From positions 161,696,001 through 161,760,000 of the forward strand of contig CM097882.1 in the NCBI GenBank assembly GCA_044892505.1: a stretch of DNA of 64,000 nt, in the 5' to 3' direction. Source of the DNA: Schmidtea nova. Lineage: Eukaryota. This document shows positions 38,873 to 52,414 of this stretch, one piece after another. Each line of letters opens with the position of its first letter. Within the stretch, counting starts at the first letter, position 1. A program made the translations under genes and the position numbers. The notes under the pieces were generated by a model. The model was not told the DNA's origin. It did not search any database and saw only the letters and a program-made list of their open reading frames with translations.

Positions 38873-39065
38873 ATTATGTTTGGATCACAAATTCGTGCTT
38901 CCCTTCCCCTTCAGTTTTGTTAGATTATTACCGCTAATCGTCCTGAATTTTTTCACATCCTTCATTCATACTCAGTCATTCGCATACAATCAAGTCATAA
39001 TAAGAAGAACCATTTCACAAAATTTTATTTCCTTCACATCGGATCGGGGTCACAATATCTCCTTC

Positions 39066-39731
39066 TCAGAAAAAAGGCCGGATCTCTTGATCAAGATGTC
39101 GATCCTCTCGTCTTCGGCCATCCGACAGGTAGATTTCCGGACACGGATCCCAAACGAGTTTGTCTTGGTAAGTGGATACCTCCCATAGTCTGAGTTCGTC
39201 GGGTTCCAGGTTCTGTTCCGCGGGCATACCTCCGGGTGCATGTTAGTAGGGTTGGATTTCCCCAGTGTCGCTACACCGAGGCCTATCCATGAGTATGTAT
39301 CCAAGCTTAAAGAACTCTGGGCCGGTGATCGAGGCATCACATAGGATCCATCGGGGTTGACCTGCATCATTGGTCATTTGCAGGAACCAATTCGGGGGCG
39401 TCTTGTGCGATCGGTTCGCGGCCATCGGCCATTTCGTGTCTCCTTCCCACCGGAGTTGAGTTGAAAAGGAACAGGACGGCACCTTGGCAGCGACATTGGT
39501 GTAACGTCGGTTCCATCGACGAAAGTGTCTACTGGCCTCTTGAATGACGGACTTCGGAGCATCCGTTAACCCTCGGAGTTCCATCTTGGGCGTAGTAATC
39601 CGAGGTCTCGGAACCGTCTTTCCATGGGTTGTTCCTGATCTCGCTCTGAATAAACCGCTATGGCATGATGATTTCGGTGGCAATTTGACAGTCGGATTCC
39701 GCGTCATCGTCCTGAATAATTTGCTTTTCAT
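39066..39731 (-). pseudogene. ORF1 of element B (~221 codons, one in-frame TAA at 39243-39245)
   Basis: The frame continues past the TAA with residues conserved against element A (Y...L.W.P.PE.Y.SDG). Confidence 0.7.
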
Positions 39732-41719
39732 TTTATTATTATGACTTTAAAATCAATTGCACGCATCTTTATTGTCACCAACATCTGCGTTGATTTGAAT
39801 TCAATCGGTGTAGGTGTAGATTACCTACTGAGTTCACCCGTTGCTGATCAGATCAGTGAGTCGTACCAGAGTTTGTAGATAGTATATTGATCTCGACTAT
39901 TCACGCATGATGATATTATTTTTAACTCGTTTAATACTTCAATCAACTCTTGTCAACACATTCAGGCATAATCAATCCATTTCAGAACCATTCTCGTCAC
40001 GCATTTATCATCATTCTCTGCATCATACTCAACTAACGATGACCACACTCCTTAAGACAATTTTATGTCGAGACTCAGTGATCTCCGGTTCCCATAAGTA
40101 GCTTACATATGATAATGACAGGGTATGTTGGGATATTAATTCTCTAGCTGCAGCTCTCGTAGCTATTATTGGTTATCGTTACTCTACTGGAACGTGACCT
40201 CTAGATCGATTCGCGATATCCCATGTGCACTCTCCTTCCGATAAACTCAATTTAAGAAACCTAGGGTCTCGCCGCATCAGCACCTCATATGAAAATATGT
40301 TGTGCCGAGAGGCCGAGAATCCCGTCAGACCGTTAGGCCTTCGGGACGATCCTTATTGATTTTAATATTATTATGAGGGTTTAAATTCGATAAAAACAAA
40401 ATTAACAATACCTTTTATTTCGATTCCAAGTTTCGTATACAAACTTCAAAATTTCAGTAAGTTGTCAGTTCTCAACTGCAAATTACACTTGGTAAAAATA
40501 GTGACTGGTAAAAAGTGACCCTCATACTGATTTTGCTTCAGTATTTATACTAAATTGGTGTTGTTGGCCGGCCAATCAGCATCGAGTATGTGTGTATTTA
40601 TTGCTACTCATTTATGTTCGCCAGTCTTTCTGTATAATTTAATTCAGTAAGTTGTTTATTTAACCATGCGTTAATTCTTTGTTATAATTTATTTTTTTTT
40701 AGATGCTCGGTGATGTCCGCCCACGTCCTGTCATATTTTCAGCTTACCTGATTCGCATGGGTGAATTTTTATTGTTACTTTATTTTGATTTATTCTTTTG
40801 TTGTTTTCAGATTCTGCCGCGTATTGCTGACTTATTTGATGACGGTAATTGATTTTTGTTGTTGTTTTTATGTAAATTTATTTCATTGATTTTATATTAC
40901 TTTTCAGATGATGACTGATTTGCCTGGCCCAACAGTATCATGGTCATACTTCAAAGGTTAATGGTGGGTAATGAACCTTCAAACCTTTAAAAACCTTCAA
41001 GGGGTCCAAAATCTTTAAAACTATATAGTATATGTTTAATAAATATATCAAAGTAAAGGTAATTCGAAGGTTTTGTATGATGGTCATATAAAGGGTCCAA
41101 GGTTCAAATTTTTAAAACTATATAATATGTATATCGAACAAAAGCTAATTGACAGATGAGTATAAGAGATGGTGTGTGTGTGTTCGAAAATATTTTTCTA
41201 CCAGTATTTTAAAAAATTTCCTACCCCAATTGCAACAAAGACATTGCAATACAGATGCAAGTTAACAAAGACATTTCAATGCCAAAATCCTTAACAAAGA
41301 CATATCAATGCCAAAATAACTAAACAAAGACATTTCAATGCCAAAATTCCTTAACAAAGACATTTTAATGCCAAAATAATTCTACAAAGCCAATTCAACG
41401 CCAAATTCCTTAACAAAGACATTTTAATGCCAAAATAATTATACAAAGACAATTCAATGCCAAATTCCTTAACAAAGACAATTCAATGCCAAAATAACTG
41501 TATAAAGACATTGTAATACCAAAATACCTTAACAAAAACATTTCAATGACAAAAACCTTAACAAAGACATCTCAATGCCAAAATTATTTACCAAAGACAA
41601 TTCAATGCCAAAAATCTTAACAAAGACATTTCATTGCCAAATTCCTTAACAAAGACATTGCAATGTAGATGTAAGTCAATAAAGACATTGCAAGCCTGAT
41701 TAACAAAGACATACATGCA

Positions 41720-41801
<82 letters not shown>

Positions 41802-42344
41802 TTTGATTAGGCAATCCATGTGCAATCATAACAAAGACATTGTAATCCATGTGCAATCATAACAAAATTTATTATACTTTTATGTATGCCAGATTCTACA
41901 AGAGGGATTCAAAATTTCATTACAAAGATTAGCTTCCTAGACTTTTTACATAAAAAATACAAACCGTCCATCAACATTCAATTCGCACAAAAAAATAAAA
42001 ATAAACATTTTTTTTCATCCAATAAAATCATTATAAAATATAAAAAAATAATTAAGGTTACTATTTAGGACTAAGTTAATATAACGATTGAAATACACGC
42101 TTGATAAAAGCTGTGCCGAAATATTGTGTTATTGTTTATAAAAAATTTTTTTGATCTATAGTCATCATTATGAGAATTATTGATAATAATAATAAAAAAA
42201 GATCGAAGGNNNNNNNNNNNNNNNNNNNNNNNNNNNNNNNNNNNNNNNNNNNNNNNNNNNNNNNNNNNNNNNNNNNNNNNNNNNNNNNNNNNNNNNNNNN
42301 NNNNNNNNNNNNNNNNNNNNNNNNNNNNNNNNNNNNNNNNNNNA

Positions 42345-42510
42345 TAGATCAAATTTTTTTTTTATAAACAATAACACAATATTTCGGCACAGCCTTTATC
42401 AAGTGTGTATTTCTTGATAAAGGCTTGATAAAACACTTGATAAAGGCTGTGCCGAAATATTGTGTTATTGTTTATAAAAAAAAATTTGATCTATAGTCAT
42501 TATGAGAATT
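42345..42510. repeat. Palindrome next to a gap; right arm also duplicated at ~42100-42209
   Basis: ATAGATC...CAATATTTCGGCACAGCCTTTATCAAG...CTTGATAAAGGCTGTGCCGAAATATTG...GATCTAT. Confidence 0.7.
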
Positions 42511-42559
42511 ATTGATAATAATAATAATAAAAGATCAAAGGTGAAAAAAGATAATTATG

Positions 42560-42628
<69 letters not shown>

Positions 42629-42782
42629 ATTTCTTGAGAATTTTTTTGAAATATTTTTTCTGAATAAATTAAGATAAATTTAAAATTAAAATTCCATAAA
42701 AATTTATAATAATAATGAAAAATTCCAGATTTATAATTTTTATAAGTTTAATTTGAATTTTAAGTTTTTTCAGGATATATTC

Positions 42783-43190
42783 AGCGCCGGTACTATCACC
42801 CCGATGCAAGTTCCTGTTTAGCGCCCTGAATAAAAAAATATATCAACAAACTCAAATACAAATTAAACTATATTGATTATTGTATATTATTTGAAATTAA
42901 ACATTTATTTGTTATCAATTGTAATTAACAGATATCAATTATACATAAAATAAATTGCACGATGAATTCAAAATTTTATTTTTCTTGCTTTTATCGAAGC
43001 AAATTCATCCAAAATATCATTAATTTTTATTTCTTCGCAGATATCGCTTTCAATTGCAATCATTGCCAACCCAACTAATCTCTCTTGAGAAATACTTGAT
43101 CGCAAATATGTCTTAATTAGTTTAAGTCTAGAAAATGATCTTTCGCCACTTGCGACAGAAACTGGTAGAGTTAATAGTATCCGCAAAGAT
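42783..43190 (-). mobile_element. hAT transposon 3' fragment (C-terminal dimerisation domain)
   Basis: LLTLPVSVASGERSFSRLKLIKTYLRSSISQERLVGLAMIAIE; terminus-like CAGCGCCGG at 42783. Confidence 0.88.
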
Positions 43191-43204
43191 ATAATACGAT
43201 ATAA

Positions 43205-43908
43205 AAATAATACGATATGAAAGGTCGTGGATTTAGAGTATAATATAGAAAAAAGAAAAATTTGCTAAATCTAAAAATTCTATTATTTTATAAATTTTAT
43301 AAAAATTTTAAAATGTATTCTGATTCACATAGGAAAATTACAAATTGAAAAATTTATTCTAATATGAATTTGGTATTATAAATTTACTATTAGAAATAAT
43401 ATATCATATATTATTTCTAATCAGCGGCGGAACTACTGGACGCAGGACCCTGCGTTGCGGGGGGGCCTACCAGCTATAGGGGGCCCTCATATAAAAAAAA
43501 TTATACTATCAATAATATTTATACTATAAAACTCTTTTCCGCAGGTCTAGTGGGCCCTAAAATATAAAACTTGGTTAAAAAAAATGTCATCCATCGTATT
43601 AAAATATATTGTTCAAAAATTTATATAAATAAATATCTATTTAATATGTGAAGCTTTATTTTTTTAAAAAAAACATTCTTTTGCGGGGGGGCCCAAATTT
43701 TGAAGTTCCGCCACTGTTTCTAATAGTAAATTTATAATATCAAATTCATATTAGAATAAATTTTTCAATTTGTAATTTTCCTATGTGAATCAGAATACAT
43801 TTTAAAATTTTTATAAAATTTATAAAATAATAGAATTTTTAGATTTAGCAAATTTTTCTTTTTTCTATATTATACTCTAAATCCACGACCTTTCATATCA
43901 TATTATTT
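43205..43908. repeat. ~200-bp-arm palindrome with a hAT MITE inserted near its centre
   Basis: 43205-43396 is the near-exact reverse complement of 43717-43908; centre TAATATATCATATATTA. Confidence 0.9.
43422..43716. mobile_element. hAT MITE
   Basis: TIR CAGCGGCGGAACT / AGTTCCGCCACTG and an exact 8-bp TSD TTTCTAAT. Confidence 0.92.
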
Positions 43909-46596
43909 CAAATAATAGGTTTTAGCAAAATTTAATTTCGATCGTATGTGAATTCTCCAAGGAAAGTGTACACAAATATTTTGAGACACTTCACTTGAAG
44001 GCTTCAAATACTCGAATTTATAGTTCAAATTAAACAATTTTTATGAATAATTTTATGATTAAAATGAAGTTTGACTACTTAAAATCGATTATTATTGATA
44101 TAATTTGTTATGATCTAAACATTTTTATAACTTTTTGAGCTGATATTTTTAAGATTTACATAAATTCGATTTTTCAAAATGACTGCAATTTTTTTCGCGA
44201 TGAGGTAGTAAAGATGTTCATGTGATCGAAGGTGAATTACGAGAAACTGCATAGTTAAATATCTTTCCTTATGTCAACATTTTGTGTAATCGTAAATACT
44301 CAGTAGGTTTTGTATAGATAAAAATAGTTACTGTATTATAATATAAATAATTTTATTTTGAACAACATTGCGCTTGGCCAAGCCACTACTCCTCATATAG
44401 CCAGATATGAGATAAAGCATTGTTGATTGTTTGCGCTCACTTCAATGAAAAAATGGATCAGAACACTAGAAGAACCCCAGTTAACTAATGATTCACCAAA
44501 GCGACTAATGATGGTACAACGACTAGGTGGACCATCATCAGACGTATGGAAAAATTATTAATATATAAAAATTATATTGCAATAAATGATATTAATAATC
44601 TGAGTTAGTTAAATTTGTGTTTGATAATATTGAGTAGGATAAAATGTGACAAAATCTTGAACTCGTTAATTAGAGAAGTTTTTTGATAATAAATCCCTTT
44701 GGATTAGTCTATAAAATGAGAACATGATATAATAGATGAAATATATAATTATTAGAATACAACATGTAGAAATCATAACAAATATTTATCATAACAATTA
44801 AGAATTAAAATCTTTAATAACAATGTGACAAAATCCCATAATAAAAATTATAAATAAAATACTAGACAGGAAACAATCGATTGGAATGATCTCAATGGTT
44901 CCCTGCCCTCCCTTTAAAAGAATGATCCTTACGTATAGAATATTCACTGGGTTCTCTCCGAGTATGGTAGTCGATGCAATCAAGTGCTGTTTCTCTTAAA
45001 AGCAAAAAATTTTCTCAACGGGGTTCCTTGAGTCTCTATAAGTCAGTTGGTTTTCTGAAAATTCTTGTCCTTTCGGGGAACAATTGAATTAAAATAAAAT
45101 GGTAGAGTTCTCTCTTCAAGTTAGTAGAATGCAAATTCTGAATTTTATAATTTTTATGACGGTACATATAATTGTTTCAGATTGTTATTTTTGTTGGGCA
45201 AAAACTGAGAATTGTTTGAATGAAGCGGTAACTCAGCACGTAGAAAGCGCGCAAGTAGTAGGATGCGTCTCCGCCAGATACAGTACCGCCGACGATTACA
45301 TAATAATTGACCTTTCACATATAATAGCGTAATAATTGACCTCGATGGCGTAACAATTGACCCAATTATGTCATATTTAACACAATTACGTCATACTTGG
45401 TCCCTATTACATTCACACTTAACCCCCCATACGCCACACTTAACCCCACCTACGTCACATTTTGACCCCAATTACGGCAAACCAGATCCGTATCTTCGGT
45501 AAAAGGATTGGCTCTTAAGACCGGATATAACCGGCTTAGTTAAGAAGTCAGTTGGTATAGAATTGAGCTGTTTTGAGGCAACTTGAAATGGTACTTTTTT
45601 AACTGGTTGATGGGCAAATTTTGCTTTGGTTGTTAGTCTTCGGATTAATGATCGTCGTTGTACACTAAAAGGTCAACTTAGAACTGGCACGGACTAATTC
45701 GATCTGGACCCGCAATAAAAGAATTGGCTCTAGAGACCGGGTATGGTGGTTGTTGGTTTTCGGACTCGCGGCTAGGCATTGGGTGACCGCGGGTCAATCT
45801 AGAAGGGGTTCGGATCAAGTTAATCTGACTGTATTGTAAAATCGCGAAAGCTGAATAGCCGGAGTAATTAGAGTTATGACTCCCTTTTAATGTATCTTGT
45901 GTGACTTACTTGCTTACGCACACATGGTAACTAACTGTACCACTGTACCACAGACCCACTGTACCACTGTATCACTGATCTCAACTATGCTCAAAAACGC
46001 AGTTGATCAAACTAATTATTATCACTAGTTCAAAATCTGTGGTATTAATTAAGATCTTCTTATATAAGTCTTAAGTTCTATAAATGCATAATCATATATC
46101 TACATTAACTTTCATATTATTTGCACAAGGATCATGAAAAATTAATACATGTATAAAATTTTGAAATAAAAATTTATTTAATCAAAGTAAATTAATAAAT
46201 CAATCATTTGATTTGTATAAAATATCCACAAATCATCTGAATAATTATATTAATAAGTTTTTAAAATCATTCTACTGATTAAATTAGCAGTAGCAATGAA
46301 AAGACTTTTTAAATTAAATATTTTTTCAATAAATATTTAAATAAAACTTTCTATTTATATCAAATTCAATACGCTGAATTCGATTCCTTACTAAAATTTT
46401 CATAAAAACGAAAAATTAAAAAGATTATGTCACCTTGGGAGTAGAACCTGGGCCTCTCACATATAAAAAATTTTAAATTATTTTCTCGACTAATACTTGT
46501 CAGATTTTAACCAAAATTTCTATTTATATCAAATCCAATAAGCTGAATCCGATTCCTTAACAAAATTTTCATAAAAAACGTTAAAGAAAAAATTAT

Positions 46597-46670
46597 TCCA
46601 CCTTGGGAGTTGAACCTAGGATCTCACAATTAGAAATCCATAGCCTTTCCAACTAAGATACATTCCACAC
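46597..46670 (-). pseudogene. tRNA-Arg(UCU)-like degenerate sequence in a ~165-bp tandem duplication (partial copy ~46425-46460)
   Basis: Minus strand: A-box-like TCTTAGTTGG, anticodon arm GGATTTCTAATT, B-box GGTTCAACTCC; no proper acceptor stem. Confidence 0.45.
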
Positions 46671-49587
46671 TTTTAATAATCAAAATTTTAACATCTTTAG
46701 TTCTTCTAATCTTTGCAGGATCACTATGATTTCCAGTAAAATGATAGAAATTTCCTTTTTTGTGTATAATCTTTGAATACTTTAAAAGAATATTAATGTA
46801 GTAAGTGATTTCATTGGTTTAATACCTCTTTCAATATAAAATGGAAAAACAGATTTTATCGTTATATCCTTAACTTTCTTCAATACACGTTCTTTACCAA
46901 TAAAAGAAAAAATAATGATTTTTCCTGGAAAATTTTAAATTCATTCACTAGAAATTCAGTAGAAAAAAGTTGTCTTTGAGTATCATTATTTTGATAAAAA
47001 TTACTTAAACTCTACAAATGGATACGTTATTATTTTTAAAGAAATATCAAATTTTTATCTTCAGGTAAGTTTAATTCTAATTGACTTTTTCGTGACCAAT
47101 GTTTGATGATTTTAAAAGACATTTTGTTTCCAAGATATATTCAAACCATTTTTTATACCATTTGCAAAAAAGGTAATACAAACATAATTTGCATTTCCAT
47201 GACAATTTATCAATTTCATAAGTTAGATACTACTGTATAATGATATTTCTCATTATCTTATAGATAGATTTCACTCAAGTGATGTTTGTGATAACTTATT
47301 TGAATGTTTCACTACAATCATATTTAATTTATTTCAATATACATTCAATATATATTCTAATTGATTCATTAATATTTAATAGAAATTATTTAGATTTTAA
47401 TGGGTATGTAGTATTATCTGAAAATTTTTAAATAATTTTGATTTTTTATTTAGTAATAAAGGAATGTCTTCACAAAATATAAATGAACATTATTTAATTC
47501 TACATTAAAATTAAATTCAGTAATCATCATGCAAATTAATTAATTCTAAATTAAAATTGAAATCATAATATCATAATTATATTTAGTTACCATGACTTTT
47601 TATTCGGCGATAATTCAAATAAACTTTTTTCGAAATAAACTAAATATTTGCTAAAATCAAATACAATTTATTCTAACTAAATTTAAACATAATTAATATT
47701 TTAGAAATACACACTGATTCCATTTTAAATTCTTTTTTTTAAATTACCGACTTATTTTCTCTCAATTAATATTTTATGCAAATTATTTATTTCAGTAAAT
47801 TTAAAATATATTTAAGATTGAAATTAATGTCAATTTAATCAAAGGTTATGACTAAAATTTAGATTATTACAGTGATTATAATAATTTTAGAGCAAACTAA
47901 TAAAAATTCAAATAAATTCCAAAAGAATTTCATTACAATCTTTAAGTAAATTAGGGAAAATTTATGATGATAATTGAAAGAATTTAGATGTAAAATAAAT
48001 TTAACAGGTACTTTATGTAATTAATTGGTTTTATAGAATTCAATGAGGTTAAGGATTAATATAAAAAATGATGGTAATTTGAAAAGTATTTTACCGTTAA
48101 TAATTTTGTGTTAATTCAATATTCTTTGTTAATTAAATGGTCGAAACTGTTAATTCAGATTATATCAAATTTTAGGATTATTTATTGATTACTTTTATGG
48201 TAAAATTTGAAAAACAAAGCCACTAAGCATAGTCAGTATCAGTTATAATGACTTGAATATTGAGTATTGAATGATTTGTTGTGATTCTTATGTGATTTTA
48301 AATTATATATGACAAAATAGCTTTTTGTCATGATTTGACTGATTTTGGGTCATTTAAGGTCATTTTTATGGGATTTTAAAATATATATGACAACATAGAT
48401 TTTTATTAACAATTTAATTAATTTACTGATTTTTTAAATTACCAGAATAATAATGTAATTTTCAATGATGGATTATGTGATAATTTAGTACTTACTCAAA
48501 TATGTCGCTAATTTTGAAATAACTCTTAAGAAACCGCATAAAATCCCCAATTAAAACGTGAAAATTTAATCAATTCTCANNNNNNNNNNNNNNNNNNNNN
48601 NNNNNNNNNNNNNNNNNNNNNNNNNNNNNNNNNNNNNNNNNNNNNNNNNNNNNNNNNNNNNNNNNNNNNNNNNNNNNNNNNNNNNNNNNNNNNNNNNNNN
48701 NNNNNNNNNNNNNNNNNNNNNNNNNNNNNNNNNNNNNNNNNNNNNNNNNNNNNNNNNNNNNNNNNNNNNNNNNNNNNNNNNNNNNNNNNNNNNNNNNNNN
48801 NNNNNNNNNNNNNNNNNNNNNNNNNNNNNNNNNNNNNNNNNNNNNNNNNNNNNNGACCATATGGTGATTATATTAAAAAATTAGAAAAGGTATTGTTATC
48901 TCCATTGTCAGCTTTTGAAAGAACGGCTAATTACCACCTTTAAAAGACGAAACCACATTATATTTTTACTACATGACTTAATTTTAAATAACCATATAGA
49001 TAAAGGTATTGTAGATTCTCTTTGGCCTCGGGAGTCAAAACCTGTTAATTATATCTTTCCTCAAATCATTGAAACGAAGTTTGTCAAATTATTAATTTAT
49101 AATATTTTAAGATATTAAAAAAAGTTTCAATTTTATTGAGTTTCTAAATTGATTTCTATCTGTCAAATTAGTGTCAACCAGTCGTAACTTTAATGAAGAA
49201 TATCGATCAGCAATTTATAAATCAATCACTGTAATTAATTTCAAAATCAAATCACAGTTATACTGTAATTAAATGATCTGACTTATTCAATTACATTCGA
49301 TCAATAATATTAGGATCTGATCAACTTAGACTCGAGTGACAGCAAAAAGTGCATTTGATAAATATTTTTAATAATGAAGCTCCAAATAATGTAGTAATAT
49401 TTAAAAATATTTTGTAACATTTAAAATATTATAATTATCTTTTGGTTTCACTTTTGATCTGTTTTTAATTCAATAATTTTCATATTAATTTTTGTAAGAC
49501 TAGATCAAAATTATTTTTGGTTGGATTTTTGATTAATTGAACTGTAAGGAATAATTAGATAATAATATAATTATTATACACTTATTA

Positions 49588-49618
<31 letters not shown>

Positions 49619-51115
49619 TATTATTATTATAATAATTATATTATTATAATACGTTATAATAATTCAAAATAGTAGTTTCAAGATTAGAGGTTATTTATGA
49701 TGCTTGATTGTTGTTTGAATGCTGGCATAAATGTGTGTTTGCGAGAATTCTGTATCAATAATGAGTAAACCAATAAACTCGCTTTTGAAATATTATGCTA
49801 TGAAGAGATATATAAGTGCGTGTTGTATATTTGTCGTCAGAATATCTTTTGGTGTATTTATGTCTCTTTTTAACACTAAAAACCAAAAAAGATTTTGATT
49901 TAGAGTTTTTCAAAAATTAATATGAAAATTATTGAATTAAAAACATTTACTATGTTCAATAATTTTCATAATATTTTATGTAAGACTATAAATTAAAATT
50001 TCTTTAGTTTTTAGATACACGATGTTTCAGCTCAGCCTTCATGAAAAATGCATATTGTAAATACACACTTGGTAAAGGCTATGCCCAAATATCGTGAATT
50101 TAACAACCAAAAAAATCAAAGGTGAAATTTTAAATAAAATAGACTTGATTATAGCAAGGGTTATAGGAGAAACATACAAAGGCTAAAAAAACTTTCAAAT
50201 AAAATCATAATAAAACTTAAACTAAAATTTACTATTTTGTTTACAGTACGACAGAAAAATTGTATCTTCTTTTTTCAACTGGTAATTACGAAAATTTTTA
50301 AAATCTGAGTGTTCAAAATTACGACAGTTTTGTTTCTACCACTTAAATATTTTGAAAAATTATTGAAAAATTTAAATTTGACAGAGGGCAATTTCGCAAC
50401 TCTATTAATGTTATTATAGATAGTCAAGAGTCTACTGTAATAAATTAAAACATTAGAAATTTATTAATTATAATATTTACTAGTTTGCTGTTAGTAACGT
50501 CATTTCTGAAACCATTGTAATATACTCATATAATTGTACAAGATGTCTTAAAGCATGTCATTGAATGAGTAAGTATGTATAATGATGTTGGGTTGTTTGA
50601 TTTGTGTCAGTTTATTATCTGACTCCTCGTGCTCCTAAAATTGAGAAATCACCAACGCCCAATACAATACATGTTATTAAATTCCACTTATTAACACAAC
50701 GACAAATAAATCAATACAATATTTATTTTCTTCACGAACACTCAGAACCCTCTCTTCAAGGGTAGACTGCCGCACAATAAATCTTCACTTTATATACCAA
50801 ATATGCTCCCGATAATTTTTTGCTTCAACCAAAATGACGATTTGCTGTTGTTTGATGTTTCTTTTATAGTTTTCCATTACAATTACAATTTAATTTACCT
50901 GAAATGGAAAAAATAATCATATTATTTTACTTTCTCTGGTTTCTAATTTAATTATCGCAGATCCAAATTGGTTATTGCTCCTTCTTATTTTATTTATTTT
51001 GGTTTGTGATCATGATAATTTAATTTTGAATCTGGTTTTCCTTTGTTTTCCATATTCTCGGGTTTTCTACATAACTAATAAATTATTCATTAATTTTTAA
51101 TTAATTTTTATTTAT

Positions 51116-51164
<49 letters not shown>

Positions 51165-52414
51165 GGGGACCTCCTATCAATATTTTATTCTCACATTTGT
51201 ACTTGTCTCCCCATTTGCCATCCGCACATACCAATTTCCCCCGCAATATGTCAATTTTTAATTAATTTTTTTACTTATTTATCAAATGTGAATTTAACAA
51301 ATTTTAGCCTTTTTAGTGATTTTCAAAATCCCCAAATCTCCCAATTTTATTTTCTTTTTTAAATATAATACATATTACTATACAAAGTACTCTTTTTTTC
51401 AGAAATTTTCACTTATTTTTATTAAAAGTATAGATCAAAAATTTATTTAGTTTTTTTATTTAAAAAAAATATATTTTTTGTAATTGTGTTTTAAATGTAA
51501 AATTAATCAAAGTATTCCAAAGCCATTATAATTACGAGTAAAAAAAATATTTGCTTCATATATTCTAATTTTGAACAATAAATTATGACAAGACAGAGAT
51601 AGTGTTGACAAATGTGGATTTTGTGCGAACATCAATTAACCAAACTAAATTTGTCTCTCGTCTTTTGACACTATCTATCCGCAATCTAAATAATTATTAT
51701 TAGCTGGTGAAACATTAGCCGATTCCAATTTAGATACAATATCCGAAAGAGAAATGGAGCATGCTGATTTTAAGTCTATCACGGAATTAATAATACAATC
51801 ATTTCAGATATTTTATTAAGCATTTATAATTGTAATTAAATTAGATTAAATTATAATTGGAAAATATATATTTATAAAAGTAAATTACTGTCCCTTGAGT
51901 AAGAATGTCTGACGACAAACATTTTCTAAAATAAGTTTATTTCCTATAATAAATCTTGAATTTTCAACAAAAGGCGCCAGGATAATAATTAATTGCATAG
52001 TATTCTGACATGTCAGTTGATAAATTGAAATTTATAAAATCTTAATGATTACGAAACAATTAAATAGTTTACTGAAAAATCCAGAGATTTTATTAATTAA
52101 ATATATTTTATTAAGTAACATTTTTATGGTCTTCTCAAATCTATTATTAAATTTCAAAACTCATGAAATTTAAAGTTTTTAATAATGCTTCAATTTTTAA
52201 ACTGCTCAACTAATTTNNNNNNNNNNNNNNNNNNNNNNNNNNNNNNNNNNNNNNNNNNNNNNNNNNNNNNNNNNNNNNNNNNNNNNNNNNNNNNNNNNNN
52301 NNNNNNNNNNNNNNNNNNNNNNNNNNNNNNNNNNNNNNNNNNNNNNNNNNNNNNNNNNNNNNNNNNNNNNNNNNNNNNNNNNNNNNNNNNNNNNNNNNNN
52401 NNNNNNNNNNNNNN

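Larger units (their letters stand above)
37892..40934. mobile_element. Orphan-ORF TG...CA element B (3043 bp, 4-bp TSD GTAT; candidate solo LTR)
   Basis: TGCTGG...CCCAACA with GTAT at 37888-37891 and 40935-40938; it interrupts the ~150-bp satellite, which resumes in register. Confidence 0.8.
36595..41875 (+). mobile_element. Second Polinton-type terminal region (non-coding; interrupted by a hAT MITE and element B)
   Basis: Starts AGTAGGAAG, followed by a GATGACTCAT cluster homologous to 450-570, a ~150-bp satellite (36780-37891, resuming 40935-41170) and an AACAAAGACATT minisatellite (41230-41870). Confidence 0.65.

Noticed and set aside
46720-47070. Possible plus-strand host exons
   Set aside because: Only one short open exon; no coherent multi-exon frame or recognisable protein.
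50586-50830. TGTTGGG start resembling the orphan-element terminus
   Set aside because: No matching CCCAACA end, TSD or homologous ORF nearby.
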